64,000 nt of DNA from an uncultured Verrucomicrobiota bacterium (GTDB lineage: Bacteria; Verrucomicrobiota; Verrucomicrobiia; Palsa-1439), in contig CAZHLM010000001.1 in assembly GCA_964533295.1 (NCBI GenBank), positions 1,958-65,957 on the forward strand. Reading direction: 5' to 3'. The notes below the pieces were generated by a model. It saw only the letters and a list, made by a program, of their open reading frames with translations, was not told the DNA's origin and did not search any database. Position 1 is the first letter of the stretch, and each line of letters opens with the position of its first letter. The position numbers and the translations under genes are program-made. Of the stretch, positions 18,151 through 28,300 are shown piece by piece.

Positions 18151-19032
18151 ATGGAATTCGTCATCGCCCTGCTCGTCGCCGCCCTGACGGCCCTGATCAC
18201 GTACAACGCCCATCCCCTACCGGGCAACTACTTTGAGGAACGTTTGCTCGCGGCTTTCGCACCGGCCGAAGCAAAGCCCTTGCCGTTCTACCGCGGCCTC
18301 CTGGCCGGCTTTGGGCCGCTTGTGAAGTACACGCCGGTCGGCTGGCTCCGCGCCATCGCCCGCCAGCTGTACTGGGCGCAGCTCGCCGGCCGTTGGATGG
18401 GTTGGTCGTTGACCGAGGTCGCCGCGCTGCATGCCGCGCTCCTGGTCGGCGGCGCGGTCCCGGCCATTTTGCTCGCCGGCGGAAGCCCCCTGACGGCAGT
18501 CGCAATCCCGGTCGCGCTTCCACTGGTCTTCAACATCCTGTACTTGCGGGCGCCTTCCCGGCGCGCCCGGCGGCAGTTCGCGGCCGAGCTTCCGGAATTG
18601 GTCGCCGTCGTGGCGGCCGAGGTCGCGGCGGGGACCTCACTGCAAGATGCCATCGCACGCGTCTCCAGCGCCCCGGGCCTGTGCGCGGCCTGGTTCCGGC
18701 TTGCTGGGCAGCGCGCGGCCGGACGGTCACTGTTTACTGAGGAGCACGAGCCAGGCGCCCTGATCCAGGAGGCGCTGGAGTGCGGCGAGCGCGAGCTGAT
18801 CATGTTCGTGCGCGCCCTGGACAACATCAAAAAGCGCGGCACCGGCGCCCGGGAACTCCTGGGTCAGATCGCGCGGGACACGGCCTCGCGTTTCGTGGGC
18901 GCGGCGCAGGTGCGGGCCGAGAAGGTGGGATCGGAGCTCATCCTGCCCATGATCTTTTTCTTTTTCCTGCCGTACGTCGTCGTGATCCTATCGGTGATGA
19001 TGGGACCGGTGTTCAGCGGTGGGTTGTTCTGA
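18151..19032 (+). CDS. tadC: TadC-like inner-membrane platform protein (second T2SS-F domain protein)
   Basis: GspF-like domain, TM helices at both ends, follows tadB in canonical order. Confidence 0.65.
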   Translation: MEFVIALLVAALTALITYNAHPLPGNYFEERLLAAFAPAEAKPLPFYRGLLAGFGPLVKYTPVGWLRAIARQLYWAQLAGRWMGWSLTEVAALHAALLVGGAVPAILLAGGSPLTAVAIPVALPLVFNILYLRAPSRRARRQFAAELPELVAVVAAEVAAGTSLQDAIARVSSAPGLCAAWFRLAGQRAAGRSLFTEEHEPGALIQEALECGERELIMFVRALDNIKKRGTGARELLGQIARDTASRFVGAAQVRAEKVGSELILPMIFFFFLPYVVVILSVMMGPVFSGGLF

Positions 19033-19178
19033 GTTGGTGAGTAGAGAGTGGTTAGTGGTAGGTGGTCAGGAACCAGTGACCAGCCACCAGTTACCCATCC
19101 CCGATTGCTGCTTACGAATCACTGCTCACTGTCCACTGTTCACTATCCACTTACTACTCACCCATTACCAGAGGTAGC
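19033..19178. repeat. ~145-bp strand-asymmetric imperfect inverted repeat (GT-rich arm / CA-rich arm)
   Basis: Left arm ggtgagtagagagtggttagtggtaggtgg. Right arm cactgttcactatccacttactactcaccc (reverse complement of ggtgagtag...). Confidence 0.4.
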
Positions 19179-19179
19179 C

Positions 19180-19590
19180 ATGTCAACTCCAAGACTTGTC
19201 GCCATCGTCCCGGCCGAAGACGTGCTCCAGACACTGGTCAACGGCGATGGGCGCTACACCCTACACCGGGTTTTGTATGACCTGTACAGCCCGTCTTTCC
19301 CTTCGCGCCTTGGCCCGCTGACGGTCAATGTGATCTTCTGTGGCGGCGTGGGCACTTATGCCGCCCGGCTACGGATGCTCAGTCCACAGGGCCACGCCGT
19401 GTCGGAGACAATCTTCAAGTTCGAGGCCAGGACCTATCACCTGCAAGGGATCACGCTCGCCGGCACGCCGGTGGAAGCGCCCGGCGCCTACATCTTACAG
19501 GTGGACTTGGAAGGCCAGATCGTGGGCAGCGCCCCGCTCAAGATCGTGCCGCTCGACCAAGGGGCCAACATCGAAGGACCGGGGCGATGA
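19180..19590 (+). CDS. Hypothetical protein (136 aa)
   Basis: ATG with RBS gaggtag. The upstream part of the track ORF runs into the low-complexity repeat. ATGA-coupled to the LuxR gene. Confidence 0.45.
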   Translation: MSTPRLVAIVPAEDVLQTLVNGDGRYTLHRVLYDLYSPSFPSRLGPLTVNVIFCGGVGTYAARLRMLSPQGHAVSETIFKFEARTYHLQGITLAGTPVEAPGAYILQVDLEGQIVGSAPLKIVPLDQGANIEGPGR

Positions 19591-19895
19591 CACTGCTGCA
19601 TGGCACGACCGTGCCCCTTGACTCACAACGGCCGTTCAAGGCCAAGGACCCATCCTATCGGTATCGGCTTACACCAACCGAGCGCGAGGTGGCCAGTCTC
19701 CTGATAGCCGGACTCGCCACGCGCGAAATTGCGGCCGTGCGGGGGGTCACGCCGAAACGGGTGGAGTGTGTCATCTCCAACATCATCGGCAAGCTGGGGG
19801 TTCAGAACCGCCGCGAGGCCCTGCCGCTGCTCTCGGAAGTCCAGGCGCAGGTGCTCACGCCCCATGGGAGACAGGCCTCATGTTCGCCATGCTGA
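19587..19895 (+). CDS. LuxR/GerE-type HTH transcriptional regulator (small, HTH only)
   Basis: LTPTEREVASLLIAGLATREIAAVRGVTPKRVECVISNIIGKLGVQNRREA. Confidence 0.6.
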   Translation: MTLLHGTTVPLDSQRPFKAKDPSYRYRLTPTEREVASLLIAGLATREIAAVRGVTPKRVECVISNIIGKLGVQNRREALPLLSEVQAQVLTPHGRQASCSPC

Positions 19896-19974
19896 TCGTT
19901 ACGGGGTCCGGCCTGCTCCTGCTTGCGGCCATCACCTGGGTGGTCTGGCAACGAAGTCTGGAGACGGGGCCGTG

Positions 19975-20661
19975 ATGGAAACCCTGCTGGGATGGATCGC
20001 CGATGGGGTTATCTATCTGCTCAACGGCGGCCTGGTCTTGGTGTACGTGCTGTTTGGCCACGCGGCCCAGCTGGCGGCCACGACCTGTGCTGCGGCGCTC
20101 GCACTGACCTTCGACCGGCTTGTCCAACAGGAGGCCGTTTTCGCGCCGGGTCGATACGGCGGGAGTGCCCCGACCCGGCCTCCCCGCACGGCGCAGATCA
20201 CCACGCTGGTCGCGCTGGGGTTATGGCTCCTGGCGAGCTTCGCACTCGGCGCACCGGTTCCGGCCATCGGTGCCGTGATGTGGGCGTTTGCGCTTCTGGC
20301 CCTCCTCATCATGCCGCAGCAACGCTGGTCACTCCTGTGGAGCACCAAGGCCGGGCTGGTCGTGTACAGCCTGGTCGTGATTGCCTATCGCCTCTTCCTG
20401 TGGCAGGCCGCCCAGCTCTCGCCTGCCGATCTGGCCGACGTATTCGGCGGCGCCCGCGCGGCCGGGAGCGTCATCGCCCAAAACGTCGGGACGGTTCAGA
20501 CGGTTGGCGCCTGGCTGTTGTGGGTGATCCTGCCGGCCGGGTACGCGTGGATTCTGATTCAGAACTGGGCCATCCAGCCGATGGCGCTGGTCGGGCCGCT
20601 GCAGGGCGCTCGGGACGTGATCGCGGCGCTGCGAACCCGCGGCGAAGCGAGCCATTCGTAG
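19975..20661 (+). CDS. Polytopic membrane protein, hypothetical
   Basis: METLLGWIADGVIYLLNGGLVLVYVLF... with at least 6 predicted TM helices. Confidence 0.45.
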   Translation: METLLGWIADGVIYLLNGGLVLVYVLFGHAAQLAATTCAAALALTFDRLVQQEAVFAPGRYGGSAPTRPPRTAQITTLVALGLWLLASFALGAPVPAIGAVMWAFALLALLIMPQQRWSLLWSTKAGLVVYSLVVIAYRLFLWQAAQLSPADLADVFGGARAAGSVIAQNVGTVQTVGAWLLWVILPAGYAWILIQNWAIQPMALVGPLQGARDVIAALRTRGEASHS

Positions 20662-20690
20662 GTCGAGGCCATGATAAGTACGGAGGTGCC

Positions 20691-23600
20691 ATGCAGGCCG
20701 CAAGTCAGGTAAGGGAGTCATTGCGCCGGCTCTTTGGCGCGCTGTCCGGACAAACCCGGCGTTTTGGGGGGCGGGTTGACGATCTCAGGGTGCTCGACGC
20801 CGGGATCAATTTCGCGCCGGCCGGCCAGGGCCTGGTGGACGAGTACTGGTTCGAGATCGACGAAGAGCGCGAGGCTGGCGGGCGATGGCGCGGAGTCCGG
20901 GCCGTCAAGCTGGGCGAGCTGACCTACCTGCCGCAGGAGGCGCGGAATGATGCCGCCCTCATCCGCAAGCAGGCCGCCTTCCAGCGCGGCCTGGCGGCGG
21001 CCGGGATCGAGCTCATCACCCTAAGCCTGGGCATCTTCGAGAACGGCCCCGGGGTCATCCAGTGCTACGGCGTGGCCACCCGCGCCGCGGACCGGGCGAC
21101 GGCCATCCGGCTCGCCCGCGAGCACTATGCGGCCGTCGTTGCGGCCTTTGCGGCCCAGTTCCCGCAGAGCCGCCTGACGCCGCTGCGCGCCGAACGTGCC
21201 ATTTGGCTGGCGAATGCCCTGGAGGCGATGCCGCACGTCACGGCCCTGATCGGCCAGCCCGACCCGCGCGAGAGCGTGCGCGGTGGCGCCCAGCATCCGA
21301 ACACCGGGGGCGCCCAGGCCTTCAGTGAGCAGCAGAACGAGCTCCTCTTCCGGGCGATGGCCCGCGCCCGCGAGGAGTTCGTCTTCCTCAACATCGCCAC
21401 GCCCGTCCAGCGCAGGGACATCGCCAGGATGCAGGCGGCTCTCGGAGACCTGACCAGCCCCATCGCCTCGCGCCAGATGGGCGCGACCAGCATCGGCTTC
21501 GGGGTGTCCCTGCCCGTGATCCTGAATGTGGCCCAGGGGCTCTCGGCCGGCCAGTCGTACGGCACGTCCGAGACTCAGGGCGAGTCGCAGAGCACGGGCG
21601 AGACCCAGGGCAGGGCAGTCACGGATGGCGTGGCGAACACCGCGAGCTGGTCACGCACGGTCGGCCAGGCCCACACGGAGGGCGTGGCGCACACCGCCAG
21701 CCTGACCCACACCAGCGGCGTCTCGCACTCGGTCGGGATCTCCCAGGGTGCGGCCCAGACCCAGGGCTGGGCGCAGACGGCCGGGGAGTCGCAGTCCCAT
21801 GGCGTCTCCAATTTCAACTCCCACTCCGAGACCGCCAGTGGGGGCACGGTCACAACGGTCAGCAGCGGTATTAACCAGGGCCACACGGACAACTGGTCGG
21901 TCAACGGCGGTGTCTCGGTCGCGCCGGCGGGGATTGGGCTCTCCGGTGGTGGCAGCGTGGGGGCCAGCGACTCGGTCGGCCAGAGCAGCGGGGTCAGTGT
22001 GGCCTCGTCCAGCGGCTGGGCGAGCACGAACAGCAGCGGCCAGTCCGTGAGCGACGTGACGACGGTCAGCCAGTCCCAGACCCAGAGCGGGTCGCAGAGC
22101 CAGAGCCAGGGCCAGTCGGAGTCGTGGGGCTCGTTCTCGTCCACGAGCGTGGGCCAGGCCACCACGCGCAGCCAGGCGGATACGGTGAGCGAGTCCCAGA
22201 CCGTGGGCGGCGCGCGGACGGTGTCCCATGCCGAAAGCGTGTCCGAGTCGCGCACCGCGACCCAGGGCACCTCTCGCGGGCACGGGATCGCCCAGGCCCG
22301 CACGCTCGGCGCGATGCAGTCGGCCGGGCTCGGCGCCGGCGTCGCCCCATCCGTCTCGATCTCGAAATCCTTCCAATGGAAGGACGAGAACGCCGTCGCG
22401 ATCACGGAGCTTCTTGAACAGCAGATCAACCTCTTGAAGGAGGCCGCCGAGGAGGGCGGCCTGTATTCGGACGCCTACGTGCTCACCTGGACTGAGAGTG
22501 GCCGTTCGGTCGCCGAGGCCGCGGCCGTGCAGGCCTTCGGCGGGTCACAGGGCGTGGTGACTCACCTCCAGCCGCGCCGGCCCATGGGGGAAGCCGAGGT
22601 CGAGCACGTCCGGCGGCACGTGCGCTGCTTCTCGCCCTCGACCCTGACCGAGACCCTCGGCTGGCTGAACGGCTACGCCTTCTCGACCCTGATCACGCCC
22701 ACCCAGCAGGCGGCGTACTCCGCGCCAGGTTTATTCGAGGAAGGCACCGCCCTGACCGTCCAGGAGCGCACGCCGCCCTTTGCCCTTCACCCCGACTTGG
22801 AAGGTGAGGTGGTCCTCGGCTTCCAGGTCTCGACCGAGCGCGGCGAGCTGACCACGATCCCGCTGCGCCTCTCCGAGGGCCGCCATTTCCACACCGTGTT
22901 CGCCTCGGACACCGGTTTCGGCAAGACCGTGGCCGCCGAGCGGCTGGCGGTCGAGGTCGTCGGCGTCTGGCATCATCGCGCCGTGGTCCTGGATTTTGGG
23001 GCGGGCTGGCGCCGGCTCCTGTGGAGCGTGCTGCCGCGCGAGCGCCTGGACTTCTACCAGCTCTACCCGGGCGCGGTCCGGCCCTTCCGCTGGAATTTCC
23101 TGCAGGTCGGGCGGCGCGTCGACCCGGACACACAGATCTCGGCCACGGCGGAACTCATTTGCTCGGCGGGGCGGATGGGGCCGCGCCAGCTGGGCTTACT
23201 CAAGCGCACCATGCGGGCGACGTATCTCCAGGCCGGCGTGATCTTTCCCACCACGCGCCTGGAACGGGAAGAGTTCGGGGGCCGCCTGGACGCCTGGCAG
23301 GTGGTCCAGGACGAGGAAGTGGCCGCCCTGGTCGCCGCGCGGACGGCGTATGGGAAGCCGGGGCCGGTCGTGTCCGCGGGCCAGCGCGTCGACGCCCTGC
23401 CGGCGTTCGACCGCCAGAGCCTGGCCGTGCACCGCTCGCGCCAGGTCGGGGTCGGGGACGTGTATGCCCGATTGGAGGGCGAACTTTTCTCACTCGATCC
23501 GCGCGACCCATCCCGGGCCTCGCTCGAAGGTGCCCTGGTCCGCCTGGAGCCGTTCACGCGCGGCACGCTGGGCACGATGTATGGGCCGGGCGACGGCTCG

Positions 23601-24251
23601 GTCGCGGTGGAGGACCTGGGGCTGCTCGGTCCGGAGACTGAGGTCGCGGACCGTTGGGGTCTGTGTATTTTGGAAGCCGGAGCGATGGACGAGTTCGCCA
23701 AGATCGTGGTGTTCTCGCTGGCCGCCTGGCACCTGTACCACGACGCGATTGCGCGCCGGCGCGAGGCCATCGGCGGGCGCTACAACCGGCCCCTGGACGT
23801 CTTCTGGGAGGAGGCCAACAAGGTCCTGAGCGGCGTGCCGGTCGGTGACGACAACTCGACCTCGAGCGGCGCGGGGGCCGTCCAGCTCTGGCAGGCCATG
23901 TGGCGCGACGGGCGCAAGTACTCAATTTTCTTACACCCGCTGGCGCAGACACTGTCTGAGCTGCCGGCCGGGATCCTGGCCTCCTGCAACAACGCCTTCT
24001 TCGGCCAGATGAAGCATCTGAAGGACCGCGACCTGGCGATGGGGCACCTAGCCCGCTCGGAGCGCGGCTTCACGGATGAGGAGTACAAGCGCTTCGCGAG
24101 CCGGATCCCGCGCAAGAAGGCGATCGTGAAGCTGGGCTATGACGACGACGTGGCCGGCGGCGAGCCGATGCTGGTCCAGCCGCTCATCGTGCCCGGCGTG
24201 GAGCCCACGGATGACGAAATCGCCGAGATGGTTTTCGGGTATCCCAACTAA
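20691..24251 (+). CDS. Large P-loop NTPase (1186 aa) with ~260-aa Ser/Gln/Thr/Gly low-complexity region; HerA/FtsK/TraD-like (DUF87-like) ATPase domain
   Basis: RBS ggagg then ATG (MQAASQV). Walker A FASDTGFGKTV. Hydrophobic strand HHRAVVLDF. Later ILEAGAMDE. The N-terminal 256 aa of track ORF 19923.. overlap the upstream membrane-protein gene and were rejected. Confidence 0.55.
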   Translation: MQAASQVRESLRRLFGALSGQTRRFGGRVDDLRVLDAGINFAPAGQGLVDEYWFEIDEEREAGGRWRGVRAVKLGELTYLPQEARNDAALIRKQAAFQRGLAAAGIELITLSLGIFENGPGVIQCYGVATRAADRATAIRLAREHYAAVVAAFAAQFPQSRLTPLRAERAIWLANALEAMPHVTALIGQPDPRESVRGGAQHPNTGGAQAFSEQQNELLFRAMARAREEFVFLNIATPVQRRDIARMQAALGDLTSPIASRQMGATSIGFGVSLPVILNVAQGLSAGQSYGTSETQGESQSTGETQGRAVTDGVANTASWSRTVGQAHTEGVAHTASLTHTSGVSHSVGISQGAAQTQGWAQTAGESQSHGVSNFNSHSETASGGTVTTVSSGINQGHTDNWSVNGGVSVAPAGIGLSGGGSVGASDSVGQSSGVSVASSSGWASTNSSGQSVSDVTTVSQSQTQSGSQSQSQGQSESWGSFSSTSVGQATTRSQADTVSESQTVGGARTVSHAESVSESRTATQGTSRGHGIAQARTLGAMQSAGLGAGVAPSVSISKSFQWKDENAVAITELLEQQINLLKEAAEEGGLYSDAYVLTWTESGRSVAEAAAVQAFGGSQGVVTHLQPRRPMGEAEVEHVRRHVRCFSPSTLTETLGWLNGYAFSTLITPTQQAAYSAPGLFEEGTALTVQERTPPFALHPDLEGEVVLGFQVSTERGELTTIPLRLSEGRHFHTVFASDTGFGKTVAAERLAVEVVGVWHHRAVVLDFGAGWRRLLWSVLPRERLDFYQLYPGAVRPFRWNFLQVGRRVDPDTQISATAELICSAGRMGPRQLGLLKRTMRATYLQAGVIFPTTRLEREEFGGRLDAWQVVQDEEVAALVAARTAYGKPGPVVSAGQRVDALPAFDRQSLAVHRSRQVGVGDVYARLEGELFSLDPRDPSRASLEGALVRLEPFTRGTLGTMYGPGDGSVAVEDLGLLGPETEVADRWGLCILEAGAMDEFAKIVVFSLAAWHLYHDAIARRREAIGGRYNRPLDVFWEEANKVLSGVPVGDDNSTSSGAGAVQLWQAMWRDGRKYSIFLHPLAQTLSELPAGILASCNNAFFGQMKHLKDRDLAMGHLARSERGFTDEEYKRFASRIPRKKAIVKLGYDDDVAGGEPMLVQPLIVPGVEPTDDEIAEMVFGYPN
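21540..22330 (+). repeat. Coding low-complexity tract (S/Q/T/G-rich) within the large ATPase gene
   Basis: Reiterated cagagc/agcggc codon-level repeats encoding QGESQSTGETQG...SQSQTQSGSQSQSQGQSESWG. Confidence 0.5.
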
Positions 24252-24337
24252 GCCTCCGCGAAGTCGAGGCCTTCCCCTCTTGCGCCGGCCTCTCAATTTT
24301 GCTTTTATCTTGCGGCGATTGGAAAGGGACGGAGCAC

Positions 24338-24622
24338 GTGTTGCCAGAGCATTCAACGTACGGTCGGGACATCATCGGACCCGTGATGGCGGCCAGGCTT
24401 CTCAGCCTCGACCGGTCCACAGTCCGACGGCTCGCCAATCGTGGCGCAATCCCGGTCTACGCCTGGACCCCGGGCGGACACGCCCGCTTCCGCCGGGCAG
24501 ATGTTGAGGCCTTGCGGGAAAGGCTGGCAGCCCGCTCGAAGCGGGGCCGCACGGTCAAGCGTCTGCGCCAGCGCGCCGGCGCCAAGTCGCGTGAGGTCAG
24601 AGACGATGGTCAAAGGGCTTGA
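24338..24622 (+). CDS. Excisionase/MerR-family HTH DNA-binding protein
   Basis: AARLLSLDRSTVRRLANRGAIPVYAWTPGGHARFRRADVEAL (excisionase-type HTH), Arg/Lys-rich tail. Alternative ATG start at 24386. Confidence 0.4.
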   Translation: MLPEHSTYGRDIIGPVMAARLLSLDRSTVRRLANRGAIPVYAWTPGGHARFRRADVEALRERLAARSKRGRTVKRLRQRAGAKSREVRDDGQRA

Positions 24623-25160
24623 GGCCCTGGCCGCGGCCGGGCTGCTGGCGCTGTCGGGCTACCGTGTGTTGCAGGGCGGGCTGCTCGGCATCTTTCTGGC
24701 CGTCCAGACGACGGTCGTTGCCGTCCTGCTCCTGGTCCGGCGCGCCCCAGCCCAAGAGGCCAGCTGGGTATTCCGGCTACTGGCCTGGCTCTCGGCCGGC
24801 CTGCCCGTCCTCTTGCAGCCCGGCGCGGGCGCCACGTGGCCGGCAGCGGTGCAGATCGCGGGGTTAATGATCGCGATCTGGGCCAAGGCCAGCCTGGGCC
24901 GGTCCTTCGGCATCGCCCCCGCAGACCGAGGCCTGTGCGTCCTCGGCCCATACCGGTGGCTGCGCCACCCGGCGTACGCCGGAGAGCTGTTGAGCTTTAC
25001 GGGCGTCTGGGCCTCGGCCCCGACCCTCTGGAACACCGCCTTGCTCTTGCTGATCGGCGTGAGCCTCCTGGTCAGGATCGCGGCGGAAGAGTCGGTGATG
25101 AGTGGCTATCCCCAGTACGCGGCGCGGGTGCGCTGGCGTCTGGTGCCGGGAGTGTGGTGA
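24606..25160 (+). CDS. Isoprenylcysteine carboxyl methyltransferase (ICMT)/phospholipid methyltransferase-family membrane protein
   Basis: Four TM helices. GPYRWLRHPAYAGELL is the RHPxY signature of the ICMT/PEMT family. Confidence 0.6.
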   Translation: MVKGLEALAAAGLLALSGYRVLQGGLLGIFLAVQTTVVAVLLLVRRAPAQEASWVFRLLAWLSAGLPVLLQPGAGATWPAAVQIAGLMIAIWAKASLGRSFGIAPADRGLCVLGPYRWLRHPAYAGELLSFTGVWASAPTLWNTALLLLIGVSLLVRIAAEESVMSGYPQYAARVRWRLVPGVW

Positions 25161-25330
25161 GAGATGGAACCCCAAGTATTGCAGATATTCGTGGCCGGGC
25201 TCAGCCTCGGTGTGGGGACCGGTATGGCGATCATGGCCATCCGGCGCTTCCTGGAGGAGCGCTAGACCATGGCTTCGGTCTTCCTTGCGCTGGTGATCCA
25301 GCCGGTTGGCGTTGCTCCTGGGACGATGCC

Positions 25331-28300
25331 ATGAGCCGCAGAAGCACTCCGCTAATGGCCGGGCTATTTGTGGCAGCTGTGTTCGCCCTGACCAGCGGCC
25401 CCGCCCACGCGGCCCGCTACGGCTCTCCAACCGTGATCGGGCCAGTGCCCGCCAATGGTGTGCTGCGCGTTTACCTGAAAGCCATGTCGGCCTCCGGGCC
25501 CCACCGGCTGAACTTCCTCAACACGCGTACGGGCGCCTTCAGCACGGTGTCAACGCCAGGGGGTTCGTATGGCCTGGTCGGGCTGGCGACTACCTTACCC
25601 GTGGCGACGGGCGATTCGGTCCAGATTGAGATGCTCAACGACAACACCGGCGGTTCGATGGCGATCGGTTATGAAGACCCGGTGGCGGCCTGGCAGTGCA
25701 ACGGCGGCGACGATTTCGGCGATCTTTACGGCATGGCCGCAGCCGCGGGCGCGCCCATCCTGGCCGTGCAATGTTGGGAGGACTGGACGGACGCCGATTA
25801 CAACGACGTGGCCCTGATCGTGTCTTATGAGCCGGCCACGGTCTCAACCAACACCTTCACCCCAACGGCCACGCAAACCGCGACCTGGACGCCGACGGCG
25901 ACCCGCACACCGACCGCGACTGCGACCGCGACCGCGACCTGGACGCCGACCGCGACTGCGACCGCGACTCCGGTTCGGGCGGATCTCTCGGTCACGGTGT
26001 CCAATAGCGAAAGCTCGGTGACCGCCGGGACCGCGACTATTTATGCGGTCGTGGTCCGCAACGACGGACCCAATCCGGTCACAGCAGCCCCGGTCAGTGC
26101 CAGTTTCTCCGCGGCGTTCGGCTCCCTGACCTGGACCTGTTCGGCCACGGGCGGCATGTGTGGCGCAGGGAGCGGCTCCGGCAGCGTCAATACGACTGTA
26201 AGCCTGAGCGCTGGCGGCTCGGCCACCTTCACGGTAAGCGGCCTCGTGCGCCACGATGCGACTGGCGTGGCCTCCGCCTCCGCCAGCGTGAGCACGGCTG
26301 GCGGGGTCCAGGAGTCCGATCCGGCGGATAACAGCAGCTCGGACTCGGATCCCATCCGGGTCATCACCGATCTCTCGCTCACCAAGGGCAACGGCACCGG
26401 CGTCGTGATCCCGGGGACAGAGACCACGTACACCCTGGTCGTGGCCAACGGCGGCCCAAGCCGCGCGGTTGATGTGCCGGTCACCGATATTTTTCCAGCG
26501 CAGTTGGAGGCCGTGACCTGGACGTGCGCGGCATCCGCGGGGGCGTGTGGCTCAGACGCTGGAGCGGGAGACATCCACGCTTTGGTCAGCCTGGATCCAG
26601 GCGGAACGGCAAGCTTCACCGCGGTCGCCAGGGTGCGGGCGGACGCAACGGGCACGGTCTCGAATTTGGCTGCGCTTGGAGTCCCGAGCGGTGCGATCGA
26701 CCCAACTCCTGAGGATGAAACCGCGACCGATGTGGACGTCCTTGAGCCGCGGGCTGATCTCGCCCTGAGCCTCGCGAATGGCGTGGACGCGATTGTGCCT
26801 GGTACGGACACGTCCTATACCGTCACCGTCACCAATCGCGGGCCGAGCACGGTCGCGGGTGCCCGTGTGAGCGTTCCTTTCGCGGCACAGCTGTCGAACA
26901 TCTCCTGGTCGTGCGCCGCCACGGGTGGGGCCTGTGGCCTGGCAGGGGGCGATGGGGATGTTGAGACTACCCTGACCCTTAGCCCGGGCGGGTCGGCAAC
27001 ATTCACGGCGACGGGGAGAGTGGCGGCCGGGGCGACGGATGCCCTGACTCAGGCCGCGACCGTCGGTGTTCCGGCAGGCGTCCTCGATCCTGACACCGCC
27101 AACAATCGTGCCGTGGACACGGACGCGCTGGCACCCGTGGCCGACATTGCCATCTCCAAAAGCGTTTCCCCCTCCAGCCTCGCGCCAGGCCAATGGGTGA
27201 CATACACCATCACTGTTCTCAACGCCGGGCCAAGCGATGCGCCGACGGTGACCGTCACGGACTACCTGGCCCCGGATCTACAGAACGCGACCTGGACGTG
27301 CGCGGCTTCTGCTGGGTCCACCTGCGCGAAAGCCAGCGGGTCAGGGGACATTCAAACGACGGTTGATCTGAAGGCCGGTGGAATGGCCACCTTCACCTTG
27401 CGGACGCGGGTTCGCAGCACGGCAGCCGGGGTCGTGAACAACTCGGCGACGGCGGACGTGGGTGGCTCAGTCCTGGACCCGAATCCGGGCGACAACCACA
27501 GTGGGGACATACCCGTAGTGCTCTTCCCCGAGGCCGGCCTCGCCATCGTGAAGACGAACGGCGTCAACGCCATCACGCCGGGGTTGCCCGTCACCTACAC
27601 GATCACGGTCCACAACGGCGGCCCCAGCGCGGCCAGGGGAGTCGCCGTGCTCGATATGGTCCCCGCGCAGCTGGCCGGAGCGACCTGGACCTGTGCGGCA
27701 ACGGTCGGCTCCCGTTGTGCAATCGACGCGGGGAGCCGGGACATTAGCACGACCGTGGACCTCCTCGACGATGGCCAGGCTGTCTTCAACCTGGTGGGCC
27801 GCGTCCCCGCCGACGCCCACCTGAGCGGGGTCGGGATGACTAATACCGTCTCGCTCACGGCGCCGGCCGGTGTGACCGTCCCACCTGGTTTCCAATCGAG
27901 CACGGACGCCGATCCGTTTGCACCCCAGGCGGACCTGGCCGTGACCCTGAGCTCGGACGCGGTCCCCGGGGCGCCGCCCGGCACTGAAATCCGGCAGCGC
28001 CTGTCGCTCGCCAACCTCGGGCCGAGCGTGGCCGTCAACGCTCGCCTCGTGTATAGGCTCCCGGCCAGCGCGGAGGTCTTGGCACCGCCCGCGGGCTGTA
28101 CGCTGGCCGGGGACAGAATTACGTGTGACCTGGGCCAACTAGGGACTGGGGATCGGCGAGACGTGTTTATCCGACTTCGGCATTTGGAAGAAGGCACCCT
28201 CACGACCAGCGCACAGGCCTCGTCCGACGTGCCGGACCCGGCAGAGGGGAACAATTCGGCCAGCCACACGTCCTTCACGGGACCACGCCCGACCACGGTC

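Noticed and set aside
19766-19975. 69-aa GTG-initiated ORF ending with a hydrophobic Flp-like segment (MFAMLIVTGSGLLLLAAITWVVW)
   Set aside because: It overlaps the LuxR gene in another frame and lacks the G/xxxxE(Y/W) Flp processing motif. It is left uncalled, though a small membrane peptide cannot be excluded.
19923-20690. N-terminal 256 aa of the 1442-aa track ORF
   Set aside because: It overlaps the well-formed membrane-protein gene 19975..20661 in another frame. An RBS plus ATG at 20691 gives a sensible start. The upstream part is a high-GC open-frame artefact.
24836-25330. N-terminal 165 aa of the 1288-aa track ORF
   Set aside because: It overlaps the ICMT-like gene. The real start is at 25331 with a signal peptide.
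25850-25990. Possible CRISPR-like repeats
   Set aside because: They are short in-frame codon repeats encoding a Thr/Pro/Ala linker inside a CDS. There is no repeat-spacer architecture. No CRISPR array is present anywhere in the window.
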